From assembly GCF_009914755.1 (NCBI RefSeq), contig NC_060929.1: a DNA stretch of 64,000 nt. One strand, 5' to 3'. The notes beneath the pieces were generated by a model that was given only the letters and a program-made list of their open reading frames with translations, did no database searches and was not told the origin of the DNA. Source of the DNA: the human T2T-CHM13v2.0 reference genome, Homo sapiens. Shown here one piece after another: positions 1 to 14,092 of the stretch (position 1 is its first letter; each line of letters starts with the position of its first letter). The position numbers and the translations under genes are program-made.

Positions 1-860
1 TGAGCATCTTTTTCCATATTATTTGTCATTTGTGTTGTCTTGTTTTGAGGAAATTCTATTAAAATCTTTTGCCTGTTTTTTTAATTGGGCTATTTGTTTT
101 TTGTTTTGTTTTGTTTTACTGTTGAGTTGTTTAAGTTCATTATATATTCATTCTAGAGATCAACCCCTAGTTAGATGTATAGTTTGCAAATATTTTCTCC
201 CATTCTGCAAGTTGTCTCTTAATTCTGTTAATAGTTTTCTTTGCTGTGCAAAACCTTTTTAGTTTGATGTAATCCCATTTGCCTATTTTTTCTTAGTTGT
301 CTATGTTTTTGAAGTCTTATTTTTAAAATCCTTCCCCAGCCCAATACCACAGAGCATTTCCCCTATGTTTTCTTCCAGGAATTTTATAGTTTCCAGTTTT
401 ACATGTAAGTTTTTAATACATTTTGATTTGATTTTTGTATATGGTGAGATGTAACCATCTAGTCTCAATTTTCTGCATGTGGATATCCAATTTTCCCAGC
501 ACCATTTATTAAAAAGACTGTCTTTTCCTCAATGTGTGTTCTTGGCATCTCTATCAAAAATCAGTTGCATATAAGTGAGTGAATTTATTTCTGGGCTCTC
601 TGTTCTGTTTCATTGTCCACTATGTCCTTATGTCCTTTTTTATGCCAGTACCATACTGTTCTGGTTACTATAGCTTTGCAGTATATTCTAAAGTCAATTC
701 GTGTAATGCCTCCAGATTTGTTCTTTTTGCCCAGGATTGCTTTGCATACTTGGGGTCCTTTGTGTTTCCACATAAATTTTATGATTTTAAAAAAATCTCT
801 GTGAAGAATATTCTCTAAATTTTAATAGGGATTGCATTAAATACATAGATTGTTGAGTAG
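1..860 (-). mobile_element. Old L1 (L1PB/L1MA-type) ORF2 C-terminal fragment, runs off the window start
   Basis: Minus-strand ORF 585-773 (KAILGKKNKSGGITRIDFRIYCKAIVTRTVWYWHK) matches L1 ORF2p [35 protein letters not shown]. The plus strand has the typical antisense-L1 text CCCAGCACCATTTATT. Confidence 0.92.
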
Positions 861-864
861 TATG

Positions 865-992
865 AATTAAAATTGTAATTCCTAAGTCACACCAGCTGCA
901 TTTCAAGCACTCAATGGCCACATGTGGCAAGTGGCTATGGCAGATTATAGAAGGTTTCCATCATCACAGAAGGTTCTATTAGACAGCACTAG
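865..992. mobile_element. MER3 hAT-Charlie DNA transposon, partial
   Basis: CATTTCAAGCACTCAATGGCCACATGTGGC...TTTCCATCATCACAGAAGGTTCTATTAGACAGCACT follows the recalled MER3 consensus end. Confidence 0.75.
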
Positions 993-1789
993 CTTTAAGC
1001 ATTCTGCTACTAAAATATCTATAGTATCAGAAGGTGTCTAGCTGTGTGTTACCTGTCTGCCATCAGTCATGAGACTTTTTAACTCTGGAAATAGTTGGCA
1101 TTTTATTTTTCCTGCTTTCATTCATCCTGGAGAAATGTGAAAGCCCCCTTTCCTGAATGGATAGATTGTACTGTGCTCAGTGGCATCCAAAGACAGAGGA
1201 GTGCTTCAAGCAACCAATCTTTCCTGCACAAAGTTTATTGATATGAGGACATAGTTATGAACTTCAGTGAATGAAGCAAATTTTTGAAGCCCTTGTTAAA
1301 GGAAAGATTTATAAAGGCCATTTTCTGCTCAAAAGCACATACTCAATCAGCAGAAAGCCTCACTGCATAACTCAGAATACCTGACAGCATCACCACAAAT
1401 CATCTTGACCAATCAGGTAAGAGAGCCAAATAGCAACCTGACTTGTAAGAATCCAAATTGCTGAATGCTGGTCTTCCAAGGAGTAGAAAGGCAATCAGAT
1501 AAGAAAACCTAAGACAGCCGAAACAAGGAGCCTTCATCAGAGAATAAAATACAACCAGGCTAACTGCCATGGTGAACAATCTGCAGTGTTTATATAACAC
1601 GTGGGGTATGAGGAGTAAACACACCAAAAATGGAGAATTTATTACCAGCTATTAACTGGTTTCCATTTTGAGTTATATATGTAGCAGAGAATCACCAGCT
1701 TCAGTACCTGAACAACTGACTTTGGTCACTTTCCCCAAATGTGTGCAACACGCCATTTACGTCAGACACAACCAGGGATTTAAAAACAA

Positions 1790-1910
1790 AATCAAGCTTT
1801 TGGCCCCATCCAGACCTATTACATCAGAATCTGGGAGTGGAGCCCAAGAATCTGTATTCTATAAGCACTGCAGGTGATTCTTATGCACATTGAAATTTGA
1901 GAACTGTTGG
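1790..1910. mobile_element. MER5A/B hAT-Charlie fragment
   Basis: CCAGACCTATTACATCAGAATCTGGG...CCCAAGAATCTGTATT...AGGTGATTCTTATGCACATTGAAATTTGAGAACT is the MER5 core. Confidence 0.8.
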
Positions 1911-2759
1911 ACCAGGAGAATAATTTGTCTCCTCCTACACTATCTCACCCTGTTTTTTTCCTTCTCTACCTCTTTCTCCTCCTCCTCTTTTTGTATTATA
2001 AAAAATATACTCAAAAACACACATAAACTTTTATGTCTGGCACAAATACATTATAAAAATTAAAGCAATAAATATTTATTGAATCATAATTGTATTTCCA
2101 AAAGTATTTATAATACTGAATATCTAGTAAATAATAAATAAATATCTCATAATTGTAATATAGTTAATTATGATAAGCCCACTCTGTGGTGTTTTAAGTA
2201 TTTATTAAATATTACGTTTCCAGAAAGTTCTTAATAATTTGGGAGAAACTATACTGTTAAGTGAAAAGAACATTTTATAGTATTTTTACAAGGTATGATT
2301 GGAACTATGAAAAATGTTAGTATTAAATGAAAAACAACTAGAAAGAAATAAGCCAAAATGTGCCTCTAAGTAATGAAATTATGATTGTCGCTTTTCTTAT
2401 TTTTTTATTTTCAATTATACAACTAATATGTAAAAATATATATAATTAGGAAAAAAAGTAAGTGAAAATATACCTCTTTAAGAGTTTATAGTGCCTTCTC
2501 TTTGATTGCACTGTGCATTTGGACCATGCTGACTTGCATCTCAACCCTAACCCTTCTAACCTGTTTGTATGTATTCTATTTGCAATTGTTGGAATTAGAC
2601 TCCTTGCTTTAAAATTCTGCAATTTGAGTTCTAGCCATAGTCTATTCAACTGAATTTACTTATATGTTCCTCCATCTATCCATAATAACAAAAAAAGAAT
2701 TAGAAACATAATAAGGGGAAGATAAGAGGCTTCAGACTGATAAGCCTTATAAACAATAT

Positions 2760-3570
2760 CTAGAGCCAACCATTTGATACAGAATTTCACTCCCAGTAAT
2801 ACTTACACTAGTATACAAAGATATCTGCTCACAGCAGTTTCTTGTGGTACTATCCATAAAGGAACAACTAAATAAATTATGGTGTGTCCATCCAATGTAA
2901 CAGCATTTAATGGTTAGAAAGATGAGTCTTACCATGGGACAACAGAATGTGGCACCTAGGAAGTACGAGTAACCAAAACTCTAGATATAACTACCAAGAT
3001 ACAGGAAATATGGGAACAGACAAACAAGTTAAATGACTCAGAAGGAAATCACCAGCCAAGCCCCAAATATGAGGGATTATTTAAGACCCATTTTTTCTAA
3101 GAAGTCAATGGCAGAAAAAAAAAAAAAAAGGTGGGGGATCAGGAAAGGGAAGACAGGAGACTGTTTTGGGGAAAAAAGAAAGGGAATAACAATCAAATGC
3201 AATGTATGGATTATGCTTGAAACCAGAATAAATCAACTATAAAAAGGCATTTTTGAGACAACCAGAGAAATATGAATATATATCAGGTTTTCGAAAATAT
3301 CAAGGAATTATATTACATGTGATAATGGCATGTGATGGGATAATGGCATAGAGGCTACGTTTTCAGTTTTTAAACTGGAAAGTATTTACAAGTAAAATAA
3401 AACAATACTTGGGACAGGCTTTAATATATTCCATTAAAGAAAGTGGAGGAGACAAATGAACCAAGTTGTCAAAAGTGTAGATAATTTCTGAAGCAGGGTG
3501 GTAGGTATATGAGGATTCTTTGTACTATTCTCTCCATTTCTGTTTGTTAAAATTTTTTATAATGAAAGTT
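2760..3570 (+). mobile_element. Ancient L1M (L1MC/L1ME) 3'-end fragments
   Basis: AATAAATTATGGTGTGTCCATCCAATG and AATCAAATGCAATGTATGG...GGCATTTTTGAGACAACCAGAGAAATATGAAT resemble L1MC/ME 3' UTRs. Confidence 0.65.
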
Positions 3571-3689
3571 TTTTATGCAAAATACAAAAGAATTATGTAG
3601 ATTTCTACGTTTTGACAGAACAGCAAAAACAGGAATAGCTAATATAATAAGGTGATGTAATAGTGTATGTTGCTATAAGATTAACAACT

Positions 3690-3935
3690 AATATATATAG
3701 TTTAGTATGTGCAAAGCACAGTTGAAAATATATTTTGTGGACTAGCTCACTTAATCCTTATAGCAACATTATAATGTAGGAACTTTTACGTCCTCATTTT
3801 ATTAATAGAAATAGGAACATGGAGGCGCTCATAGTTAAATCACCTAAGGTCATAGTAAACTAGTAAGTAGTAGAGCTGGGATTTAAACCCAGGCTACATG
3901 GAACCACAGTTCATACACTGAACCATTACACAATC
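3690..3935 (-). mobile_element. MIR SINE
   Basis: Reverse-complement MIR core: CTTAATCCTTATAGCAAC...AAGGTCATAG...GTAAGTAGTAGAGCTGGGATTTAAACCCAGG. Confidence 0.8.
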
Positions 3936-5174
3936 CTTGCTTCTCACAGATGCAGAATGATTCCATGATGTTTTATTAAGGAAAATAATCAGGGTGTAGA
4001 CTGTTGTATATAGTATGCTCTACTTTTGCTAAGTATATCCCACATATGCATTGTATAGTTTTATTTCTGTAAATATGCACAAGAAACTATAAAGGTAGTT
4101 TAATTGGGGGAGAGAACCTGGGGATGGAAGGCATTCAGTTTTTATGAATTCTTTTCTTTATTGCTTTGATTTTTTTCACCATAAGCATGAATGGCTTTTT
4201 TATGTCAAAAAGGATAATTTGGGTTTTGAGATAATGGGCCATTTCCATTTTCCTGTTTATAATTTCCTAACTAAAAACAAAGCCCCTGAAATGTTACTGC
4301 AATATTTATAAGTAAACAAAAATTTTAAATTATATGTAAATATATGTAAGTAGAACAGAAGAATGAGACTGATCTTTATGTTCTACATTAGAAGAAATTC
4401 ATGATAAGTAAAAAAAGAATATATTTTGGGGTTTGGGGGAAATTAATATAGAAATACAAAATTTATATCTGCATTTTGTAAACAGTCTGGAAGGACATAT
4501 ACCAAGTGGGTAACAGTGGTTAACCCTGGAAGTAGTTGTCCCTCTTTTACTTCCCCTAATCTGTCACCTCCAGTCATGCCCTAAATAGGCTGAGCCCACC
4601 TTTCGGTCTCCTCTGCTTTCCTGAATCCTTTCCCCAAACAGCTTTCCAGCGTGGCCACCCTGACTGCAGTGTGCTCCCAGCAGACATAATGGGCTGGTAT
4701 TAAATGCTTCCAATAGCAAATAGAAAGAGAAGGGAGTCTCCTAGTTACAATTGTATTTCCAGTTTAAGAGTGCAAAAGTGGTGGGGATTAGAACAGAAAG
4801 ATGGAGTTTATGTTTTTCAGATCTTTTATGCAACAGATATTATGGATCACCTACTGTGTGACAGGCACTTAGTAGACATAAGGACTTTAGCAGTGAATGC
4901 AATTTACCCCAACATTGCGCTCATGGTACTTCACTATTGGGAGAAAAAAATAGTTCTTTAATCTCAAAGTAATTTGGAAACCAAAGAATGAATAAAGATT
5001 TTGACAGCTTTGCCTAAGGATCATATGAGGAATGAAAGTAAGCCTCTATACTGGAAAGCAGTATGCTAGACAATTTTGATTTGTTGAAACTGACCTCTTC
5101 TTAGAGTTTGGAAACTATTTTTGCTCTCCTCCATTAAAAACTGAAACTTTATAAATGATAAATATACATTGTAA

Positions 5175-5176
5175 TT

Positions 5177-5215
<39 letters not shown>

Positions 5216-5260
5216 GTCTTTTTCTCTTTTCTTTTACTTTCTACCTTTTTCTTTCTTTCT
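5175..5260. repeat. (TTTC)n microsatellite decaying into a pyrimidine tract
   Basis: Direct reading: about 10 TTTC units followed by degenerate T/C sequence. Confidence 0.95.
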
Positions 5261-5349
5261 ATTATACATGGTACGCTTTTGTTAATGCACCCTTTTGTTA
5301 TCTCTGTATTGGTGGTATGCATCCTATCAGATTAAGAACAAAGATCTCT

Positions 5350-5745
5350 GGCCTGCAGCCCTACTCACCTGCTTTTAGTCTCCTGAACTCACTTCATCCA
5401 GTTCTTACCAAGCAAGCTGTGTACAAGCTGTTAGCTTTTTCTTCCTGCTCTTTGCTTAGTTCACTTCCATTCATGTTAGATTTCAGCTCATTGTTGACCT
5501 CCTCAGGGAGAGCTTTCCTTGCCCTTCTCTAGGTCAAATATTCCTACTAGCTGCCTTCCTTACAACATGTATCCCATTTGAAATTTCACATTTGCTTGAG
5601 TTATCATTTGAATAATACCTGATTCTTCTGCTAGGATGTACTCTCCATGAGGACAAGTCAATTTCTGTTCATCATTGTTATCTCCAGTGCCTGCCATATT
5701 GCCAGCACTTAATAGCTATTCCACACATATTTGTTAAATGTATTA
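5350..5745 (+). mobile_element. L2 LINE 3' portion
   Basis: CTCCATGAGGACAAG...TCTGTTCATCATTGTTATCTCCAGTGCCTG...ACATATTTGTTAAATG matches the L2 3' terminus. Confidence 0.7.
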
Positions 5746-6499
5746 AGACAGCAAAGGCATTTATTTTATTTATTTGTTTCTTTCTTCCAAAATTTTAGTG
5801 TGTTCTATATGGGCCTAAGAGAATTTAATCAATCAATATATTATACATGGATTTTTAAGTTGTGGCTCTTTATCTAATGGTGCAAATCCTGACTGGCAAG
5901 CCCTTTTTTTGATTCCTAAATGTTTATTGATACTTATTTGTTGCTGGTCAATGATTTTCATTGTCTTATTCAAATTTAAGTGATCACTAAGATAACTTGA
6001 GAGAACTGAAATATTTTCCTTCTCAAACTTTCTTTCTCTGAAAGAACAGTAGCCAGTAAAATTCCAATTTAGAGTGCCAATGGCTTCATGTGGCATTTGT
6101 GGGAAATATGGAGAGATTAATGAGGGCTTAAGATCAGCCACTGAGTAGAAATTGGCATTTTTTTCCCCCTCCAACAACCTTTCTCTAGGAAACCTTGACT
6201 ATCAGTAATTGTCGCATTTGGAGGCCATCTAGAAAGAAACTGGGCTCTAAGGCTTCACTTTTCTCCCAGAAGTCAAACAGTTCATAAAGCTTGTCATTGG
6301 GTTTTTTTATGAGATAAAGAATTTTCTTTCAGTCAACTTTTCTTTCTGAGAACAGGTAGGGCAGTGAAATTTCAACCTGAGGTTTGAGTGGCTGCAGGGA
6401 GGTGACAGTGAGATCGACTCCAAAAATCAGGAAGTAAGGAAAATTGGATTTTCTACCACAAGTTAAATCCTACAAAAAATAATAGGACAGAGTGAAGCA

Positions 6500-6635
6500 G
6501 AATTTTACAGAAGAGGAAGGTGAGGGTCGGTGAGTCAGAAAGCATCAAAAGTCACACAGTTGTAGGCTGTAGAGGCAGACTTTGATCCCAGAAAGCTTGT
6601 GTACAGAGTTCACGCCCATGTCCACTATGATAAGG
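6500..6635 (-). mobile_element. MIR fragment
   Basis: ATTTTACAGAAGAGGAAGGTGAGG...AAGTCACACAG...AGAGGCAGACTTTGATCCCAG is the reverse MIR core. Confidence 0.6.
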
Positions 6636-8446
6636 ACCCATTAAGTACATGAATCAAGCTCACTCTCTGCCTATGGGAGAGTTGAATGCACCACACTATC
6701 ATAATTCTATCATAATGTAATGCCTAGAAACCACCAAGATCTTTCAACTAAACTTATGCTTTAATTTCATACTCATCAAACAAACAAACTGCTGATAATA
6801 AATTGGCTTTTGCATACATTTGTATGGCGAGGTACAAATGTGCTGGTCAAAAGACATACATACCTAGCCACCATATCAATTATATTTCTTAACATAAATT
6901 AATAAATTGACATTCTATTATAGATCAGTTGCTTGTGAATTTAGTTCAGTGGAGTCCATTCTGGAGACTTGGCATCTCACCAGGATCTAGCTTAGGATCA
7001 CAGCTATTTACTGCCACCCTTTTAAGAAGTGTCTGAGGGACCAGCTGGCTTCTTAAAGATAATACATGTCCCTCTGTGGTGGTGTGTGTCTCTTTGGCTC
7101 CCCATAAAATTAAATACAGTTCATTTTAAGTTCACTGTTGTACACTAGAACTATAATGAGCTCTTATTATGGAAGATAACAGAATTCAAATTGTTTAGAA
7201 TTTTTATCAAATCTTCTTTCTCTCTAAGAGCAAAGAGGTCAAGAAATGTCCAATTTGGAGGGATCATTAGTGGCCAAGGAGTTCACAGAGAGGTGATTTG
7301 AGACACAGAAAGATCAATACATTTAATGAATGTGACAAAGTATCCTCAACAAACTTTAGTTGCATTCAACTCCAGCACGGGTGTTCATGTCAAGTCGAAT
7401 TTTTTTCTTCAAACCCACACTCTGATAACTATTTGCAAGTACAAGTTCAATTTGAGGCCAATGAATTCATATAGAGCTCAAAGAGAGTTTAGAGAATCAC
7501 AAAATCTTTTGTAAATCAGGTCAATAAATTTAGCACTGGGTCCTTTACCTCAAAATGACAGTTACCTTATAGGTGAGTATTTTTTTCCTTTAGAACACCT
7601 TCTCAATCCCTAGACATCAGAGAACATCTGATTTGGAGGTAGAGGTCAGTGCATCAAATGACAAATTTACTTAAAGGGTTTTCTTAAATCATAAAATCAG
7701 AGACCTGGAAAGAATTTTTAGGATCATCTAGTCTATTTTCGAACTCAACTATAGAGACTCCTGGGACGTGAGGCAGTGGGAGATGAAGCCATGGGAGTTT
7801 CAGTTTTACTCAATGCTATTTAATTTTAAACATTACTTTTACACTGAAGCAACCATGTATATATGATGGAGTAGAAGGCAAAAAAAAAAAACCCTAATTT
7901 TCAAAGTAAAACATGATACTTCAAAGAAATTTTATCTAGTCATAGGCTCCTTCCAGCTGTGGTCAAATTCTTTGAGGACTTGAACACATTCCTCCACTCT
8001 TTTTTTGTGGAAGAATTTAACAAACCTCGATCTAGCACCATTTTTAAACAGGCTCAGGGAAGGAAAGGGCCTTGGCCTCGGTCATGCAACCAGCATTTGT
8101 AAATGAATCAAGAATGGAACCCATCTGTCCAATGTGCTTTATTGCAGTCCAGCAGGCTCTTCTGAATTTAGGTTCAGAAGCTACTCTGGTTCTCACGTCA
8201 AATGAGATACTTTCTCCAGATGATTGATTATTTGCATGGGAGGAACATAAGCTTCAATATCATGGTAAATAACTTTTTTTAACATACATTTGGTGGTTTT
8301 CCTTTTCCTTAAAGTTGTTCAAGGCTATTCACGTACATAGAAGTGAAAAGTGACATAGAAGTGGAAAGTGGCATAGCAAGGATCCAAATCTATAGATAAT
8401 CTGAGGTCTAAATGGCAGGATAGGAAATGGAAATAAGGTCCATTAG

Positions 8447-8531
8447 AACAGTGTTTCTCAAAATATGGTCCACAGATATCCTGGATCAGAATTATCTGCA
8501 ATGCTTGCTAAATATGCAGATTTCCAGGCCT
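8447..8531. mobile_element. MER5 fragment
   Basis: CAGTGTTTCTCAAAATATGGTCC...ATCAGAATTATCTG...AAATATGCAGATTTCCAGGCC is the MER5 left end. Confidence 0.7.
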
Positions 8532-9304
8532 CACATACTATAAAACATAAAAACTTGTAAAGTGTATGACATTATTATCATTATATTTATCATTTTTGAA
8601 GGCACTCTATAATTGTTATTGTAGCATGAGGTCAAGTGAATAACATAGGAGCAAGAGAAAAAATGATTTCTCTGAAAAATTAACAGGGAAACAGAAAATA
8701 ATCTGAAAATAATCATTTTAATACTCAATATCTCTAATACATGCAAAAATAAAATGCAGTCATCAGAGAAAACTCAAAATTAAACTATAAGTAATTAAAT
8801 ATCATCTTCAAGATTTGAACAAGATTTGGAGGAAGGACACTGCATATATCAATGTGGAGATGAAAGGATACATATGCCCCCTTCCAAGATGTACACTTGT
8901 AAAAAGGGAAACAAGGCTATGTGGAAATTCATGAACCTGAAGTAAAATCACAGTGGGGAGTAAATGAAAAGACAGGCAAGTAGAACATTCATTGTATGAA
9001 CATACCAGAGACTGTCTGGCCAGAGGGACAAAATCAATTATCTCTTCCAGATAGGAACCCTAAATTGGCTCCACCTCAGGTAGAGCAGAGATGGAATGCT
9101 TTATCTCTTTCTCTCCTGCCATGATTCCCTTAACTACAGGATCTTTAACTGGTTATGTTCAGGTGTTCAGGAAGTGAATATCTTTATCTCAGCTATTTTT
9201 CACTGAAATTTGAAAACAAAAAATGCCTATTCTAATTTAGACAAGATGGACCCATTCTCATACTGGAGAGGAAAGTAACACAGAGGAAAGAGAAGAGGGA
9301 AAAC

Positions 9305-9495
9305 AGCTTAGCTTCATGGTTAAGAGGACAAGTTTTGTGATCTGGAGCAAGTTCATCTTTTGGTAGTTAAATTTCCCTTCTGTTAAAGCGGGAGTAATAC
9401 CTACCTCAGAGGCTTTACATGAGGATTAAATAAAATACACGTGAAATGCTTAGCACAATGTCTGATATGTAGTAAATGCTCAATACTTGGTATTA
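9305..9495 (+). mobile_element. MIR SINE
   Basis: ATGGTTAAGAG...TACCTACCTCAGAGG...GAGGATTAAAT...ATGCTTAGCACAATGTCTG...AGTAAATGCTCAATA. Confidence 0.75.
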
Positions 9496-10989
9496 TATGT
9501 ATACCTCAAGAAGGAGACTTCTTCAAACAAGAATATACTTTTCTTTGCTCTAGGTTCTCAAAATTTGGCAGCAAAGTCTGCTTTTGACAGCTAATTAGAA
9601 AACATTGCTTGATTGGAGTCAAACTGGAGGAACTATTCATTATAACCAAATTTTTTCCCTTAATCTTCACGAAAAAGTCCACCCAGGGACAGTGGCACAG
9701 CTTTTCTGTTATTATAGATCACAAAATGTAAGATCTGAATGTAAAATAACCAGGCTGGTCGGTGGTGTCCATTTTATCTTCTGTAGCTCTGTACTCAAAG
9801 ATTATCCACATGGACCAGGCCTTTCCTCAGACTCAGACAAATTTAGGTGAAAAACACTGGCTTGCATTTCCTGATATTTCTAAAATAAACTTACACCAAC
9901 TGTGCAATAAAAGGTTGATTTAAAAGTTAATATAAGAAAAGAAATAAAATTGGCTTCAAATAAAAAAGTATTTATTTCTTTTTCAGCCTGTGTTCTCTTG
10001 CAAGCGCAGTTGAACTAACTAAAAAAAAAAGTGGGTACAAGTGATGTCTGATAAGATTTTTGTACTTATTTGCAAGGTTGCAACAGAAGAAAATGAAACC
10101 ATATAACAAGGTGGATATAATTATATGCTCAAGTCAATATCTACTTACTGCTACAAATCCTGCTCAGTCTTTTCCCTTTGGTGTCTCAATGTTGGTTTGG
10201 CTTTATCATTGCTTATAAAAATTTATCTGAATAAATTAAAGGAACCAGCCAGCTTTTTCATCAGAGTATAGTCATACAGAGATCATCTGCCAAATGCAAT
10301 GTTCTTTTCTTTTTCAAGACCCTGGAAACATTTTCACCATTTGACATGCAAGAATCTTCACTCTTATAATGATCAGTGCAGAGAGGAGGCATCGTAATCA
10401 AGGAAAATGCCTATCAAATTGACTCCCCTCCTAAAAGCCATCTGTGTATAATGACTCCCTTGCAGCAACTGTAAAGTCATAACCAACTGAGAGAGTTTCT
10501 CAAGCTAAGAGAAAGCACAAATCACAGAACTGAGAATTATAGGACAATAAAATCATCCTGGCCACAGAAGATCTAAAATCACCCAAGTTATAAAATGTGG
10601 AATGATAAATCTTGTGTTATTTCATGCTTATGAAAGCTAACATATTTACTAGCCTCTGCCAGCACCCCACCTCCCCTTCTTTTGTTTCAATTTAAATATT
10701 GAGGAATACAAATATTTCCTGTTCCCTGGGCTTAATTAGTAACTAAAGTCTAGATTGGTTAGCTGCCTGAATCACAAGAGGAAAGGGGAAATATTTAAGA
10801 GAATTCCCCAACAGCTTTAAAATTGCTCTGTCTTTGGCCACATGAAAACAAAATAAAATCATATAATTTTATTGCTATAAGTTTAAACCTCTAATTTTAC
10901 AAATGTTTGGGAATGATTTTCTCATCTCCCCTTTCTCATTGCCCCCAGTTTCAACCTACCTCAACCTACTCATGTCCTCTACTATATTA

Positions 10990-11770
10990 AAGAGAATTTG
11001 CCAGTGCCAGAGATCTGGGCATCATTTCTGTTGAGCCCACTTCTAAATCTCTGTGGTTGATAGCCACTTCTGTCCATCCTTGTGGTGTCTACCCAGGCCA
11101 TGCCTTCACTATCTCTCCCCTAGATGGCTGTGATTGCATCTGAGCTCTTGCTGCACCTTCAGTCTTGCCATCTTGCCCTAATCCATACTCTCTCCTCAGT
11201 GGGGAAGTCAGAGAAATGCTTACAAAGAGCTAACTGCATCTCTTCCGTATTCTTTACTGACTTTTCATGACTCTCTGAATAAGGCCCAAGGCTCCTAACA
11301 GACTCACAAGACCCCTGATAATCCCAATCAAATTTATTCCACATCTGCCACTCATTTGTACCCACCACCTCAAGTTCCATTTAATTCCTCAAAAACAACA
11401 TGCTCTCTCTCCCATTCCCACATTCTGCTCCTTCTGCCCCCAATAGTCTTCTCCTGTCACCTCACTAACTCTTACTTACATGAGGTTGCAGCCTAATGCT
11501 CATCTTCTCCAGAAAGTCCTGAGCTCCCCTACAGATGTGATTGTGCACCCCTCTAGTGTGCTCTCAGAGCTCTCTCTAGAGCTGTCACAAAGCACTTGCC
11601 CTATGTTACTGCTGTTGCTCATTAGGTGTCTGCTTCTCAGCTAGCCCACATCATTATGACAGGAGAGATCAAGTCTATTTTATTAATTTTAATATCCCTA
11701 CCTCTTAGGATAGTTTCTGGGACAAAGAGGGTATTTAAATTGTGTTTCTTGAATAAATGAATGAATGAAC
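10990..11770 (+). mobile_element. L2 LINE
   Basis: Pyrimidine-rich L2 ORF2/3' text ending in the L2 tail TTGAATAAATGAATGAATGAA. Confidence 0.7.
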
Positions 11771-11925
11771 TTAAATAATTTTTCAAATTCTTAGTGATCC
11801 AGGTAGTATATTTAGAATTAGATACCAAACTAGTATTTATGCTCTACTACAGTTCGGAGGTGTTTACTTACTAATTTCACGCTATTAATTTATTCAGTGA
11901 ATGCTATATTAAGTGTAAGAGTACA

Positions 11926-12277
<352 letters not shown>

Positions 12278-12479
12278 TTATAAAACACGTCACTCCTTAA
12301 TCCAAAATCCTATCCTAAACATTAGCAACTTTATAACCTCATTTTAAAAGATGAAATTGTTTCCTTCCTTCTTTCTTTCCTTTCAATTCAGTTGGAAAGT
12401 CCTGCCACAAGGGAGGCATTGAGGAGGGTGGGAAGGCAGGGACTGGGACCTGACAAGGAGGGATTTCAAATGGGCCAGC

Positions 12480-12660
12480 AGACCAATGGGGTTAGGTGTT
12501 TGACTATGAGCAGGGTTTAGGCAAATAAGTAAACATATTAAAGATAATGGGAGCCAAATTACTGCTGAAGAAGGGAAGAAAGAAGGAGGGGATGAGAATG
12601 AACCCTGTGGTATGAACTAGACCTAGAGATATCACTGTAAACTCATGGTTTTCAATATAA
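12480..12660 (+). mobile_element. L1MC/L1MD 3' UTR fragment
   Basis: GCAAATAAGTAAACATATTAAAGATAATGGGAGCCA...GAATGAACCCTGTGGT...CTCATGGTTTTCAATATA resembles old L1M 3' ends. Confidence 0.55.
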
Positions 12661-12855
12661 AACTCTGGGACAGGAACAACTTTGCAGGTTTGAGAAACAA
12701 CAGGAGAGCCTTTGTGGCCAGAACATAATGAGCAAGGCGGAGAGTAGAAAGAAAATGAAGTCTGGAGTTTACCAGGACCTATTAAACCAGACTCTCAGTA
12801 AATGAAACCAAGAATTTATTTCACAAGTTATTTTTAAGCACTTAAAAATGTAAGA

Positions 12856-13020
12856 TTAGCCAGGTGTGGTGGCACGTGCCTAGAACTCAGTTGCTATGGA
12901 GGCTGAGGCAGGAGGATCACTTGAGACCAGGAGATAAGGCTGCAGTGAGCTATGATTGTGCCACTGCCCTCTAACCTGGGCAACAGAGTGAGACCTCATC
13001 TCTAATATAGTAATAATAAT
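12856..13020 (+). mobile_element. FRAM / AluJ right monomer
   Basis: GGAGGATCACTTGAG...GCTGCAGTGAGCTATGATTGTGCCACTG; only one arm is present. Confidence 0.9.
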
Positions 13021-13587
13021 TTTTAAATGTACAGTTTCCTATACTAAAGAAGGACCTTAAAATATTAACACAATTAATATTTCTAACTTTAATGACATCA
13101 GAAATAATGTAAATAAGAAACTAGGAAACCAAGGGGAATAAATTGAATTCAGTCAGCATTAAATGGAATGGCACAAGCTAGCGATTCTTGATCATTGGTG
13201 TTTTCCGTTGTAGAGCCATTTTCAAGGATTTAAATCCCAGCACAAAAGAAATAAAAAGTTTACTATTTTTTTCTTAAAAGAATATTAACATAATTCTAGA
13301 TAATCTGCTCTTGGGGTTGCTATTTATACTAAGTTGTATAGATAGAAAAGTTTATATCAGTAATTTGAATGGTAAATACCATTGTCGTGACTACATAACT
13401 CTACATTCTTCCTTTAGCAGTTAAAAACTATACTAATATTATCGAGAATAAATGTTCCTGATAAAATCTTATAAAAACTAAAGTTTTTAAACTAACATTT
13501 GCATTTATTTATTATTTGTAGTTAGAGGAGCCAAGAGAAATCTTAACCAATTTGCATAGGAACATGCAAACTAAGAGAACCTGCTTA

Positions 13588-13877
<290 letters not shown>

Positions 13878-14092
13878 CTATTAGAAAAACTCTCTAACAA
13901 CTCTTTTGTGCTCAGGTTGAAAATCCTTTGACTTGGCAACCCAATCACAAGTGATGACCAAAATTGACTGGAGAAATGTTGCCTTCTTTCAATTAAAAAA
14001 ATTTACCTTTGACTGATTGTCATGATCATTCTATTTTGGAAAAGTGTCACTGCAGTGATTGAAAACATGTTACGAGAGAAATGATTACCCAC

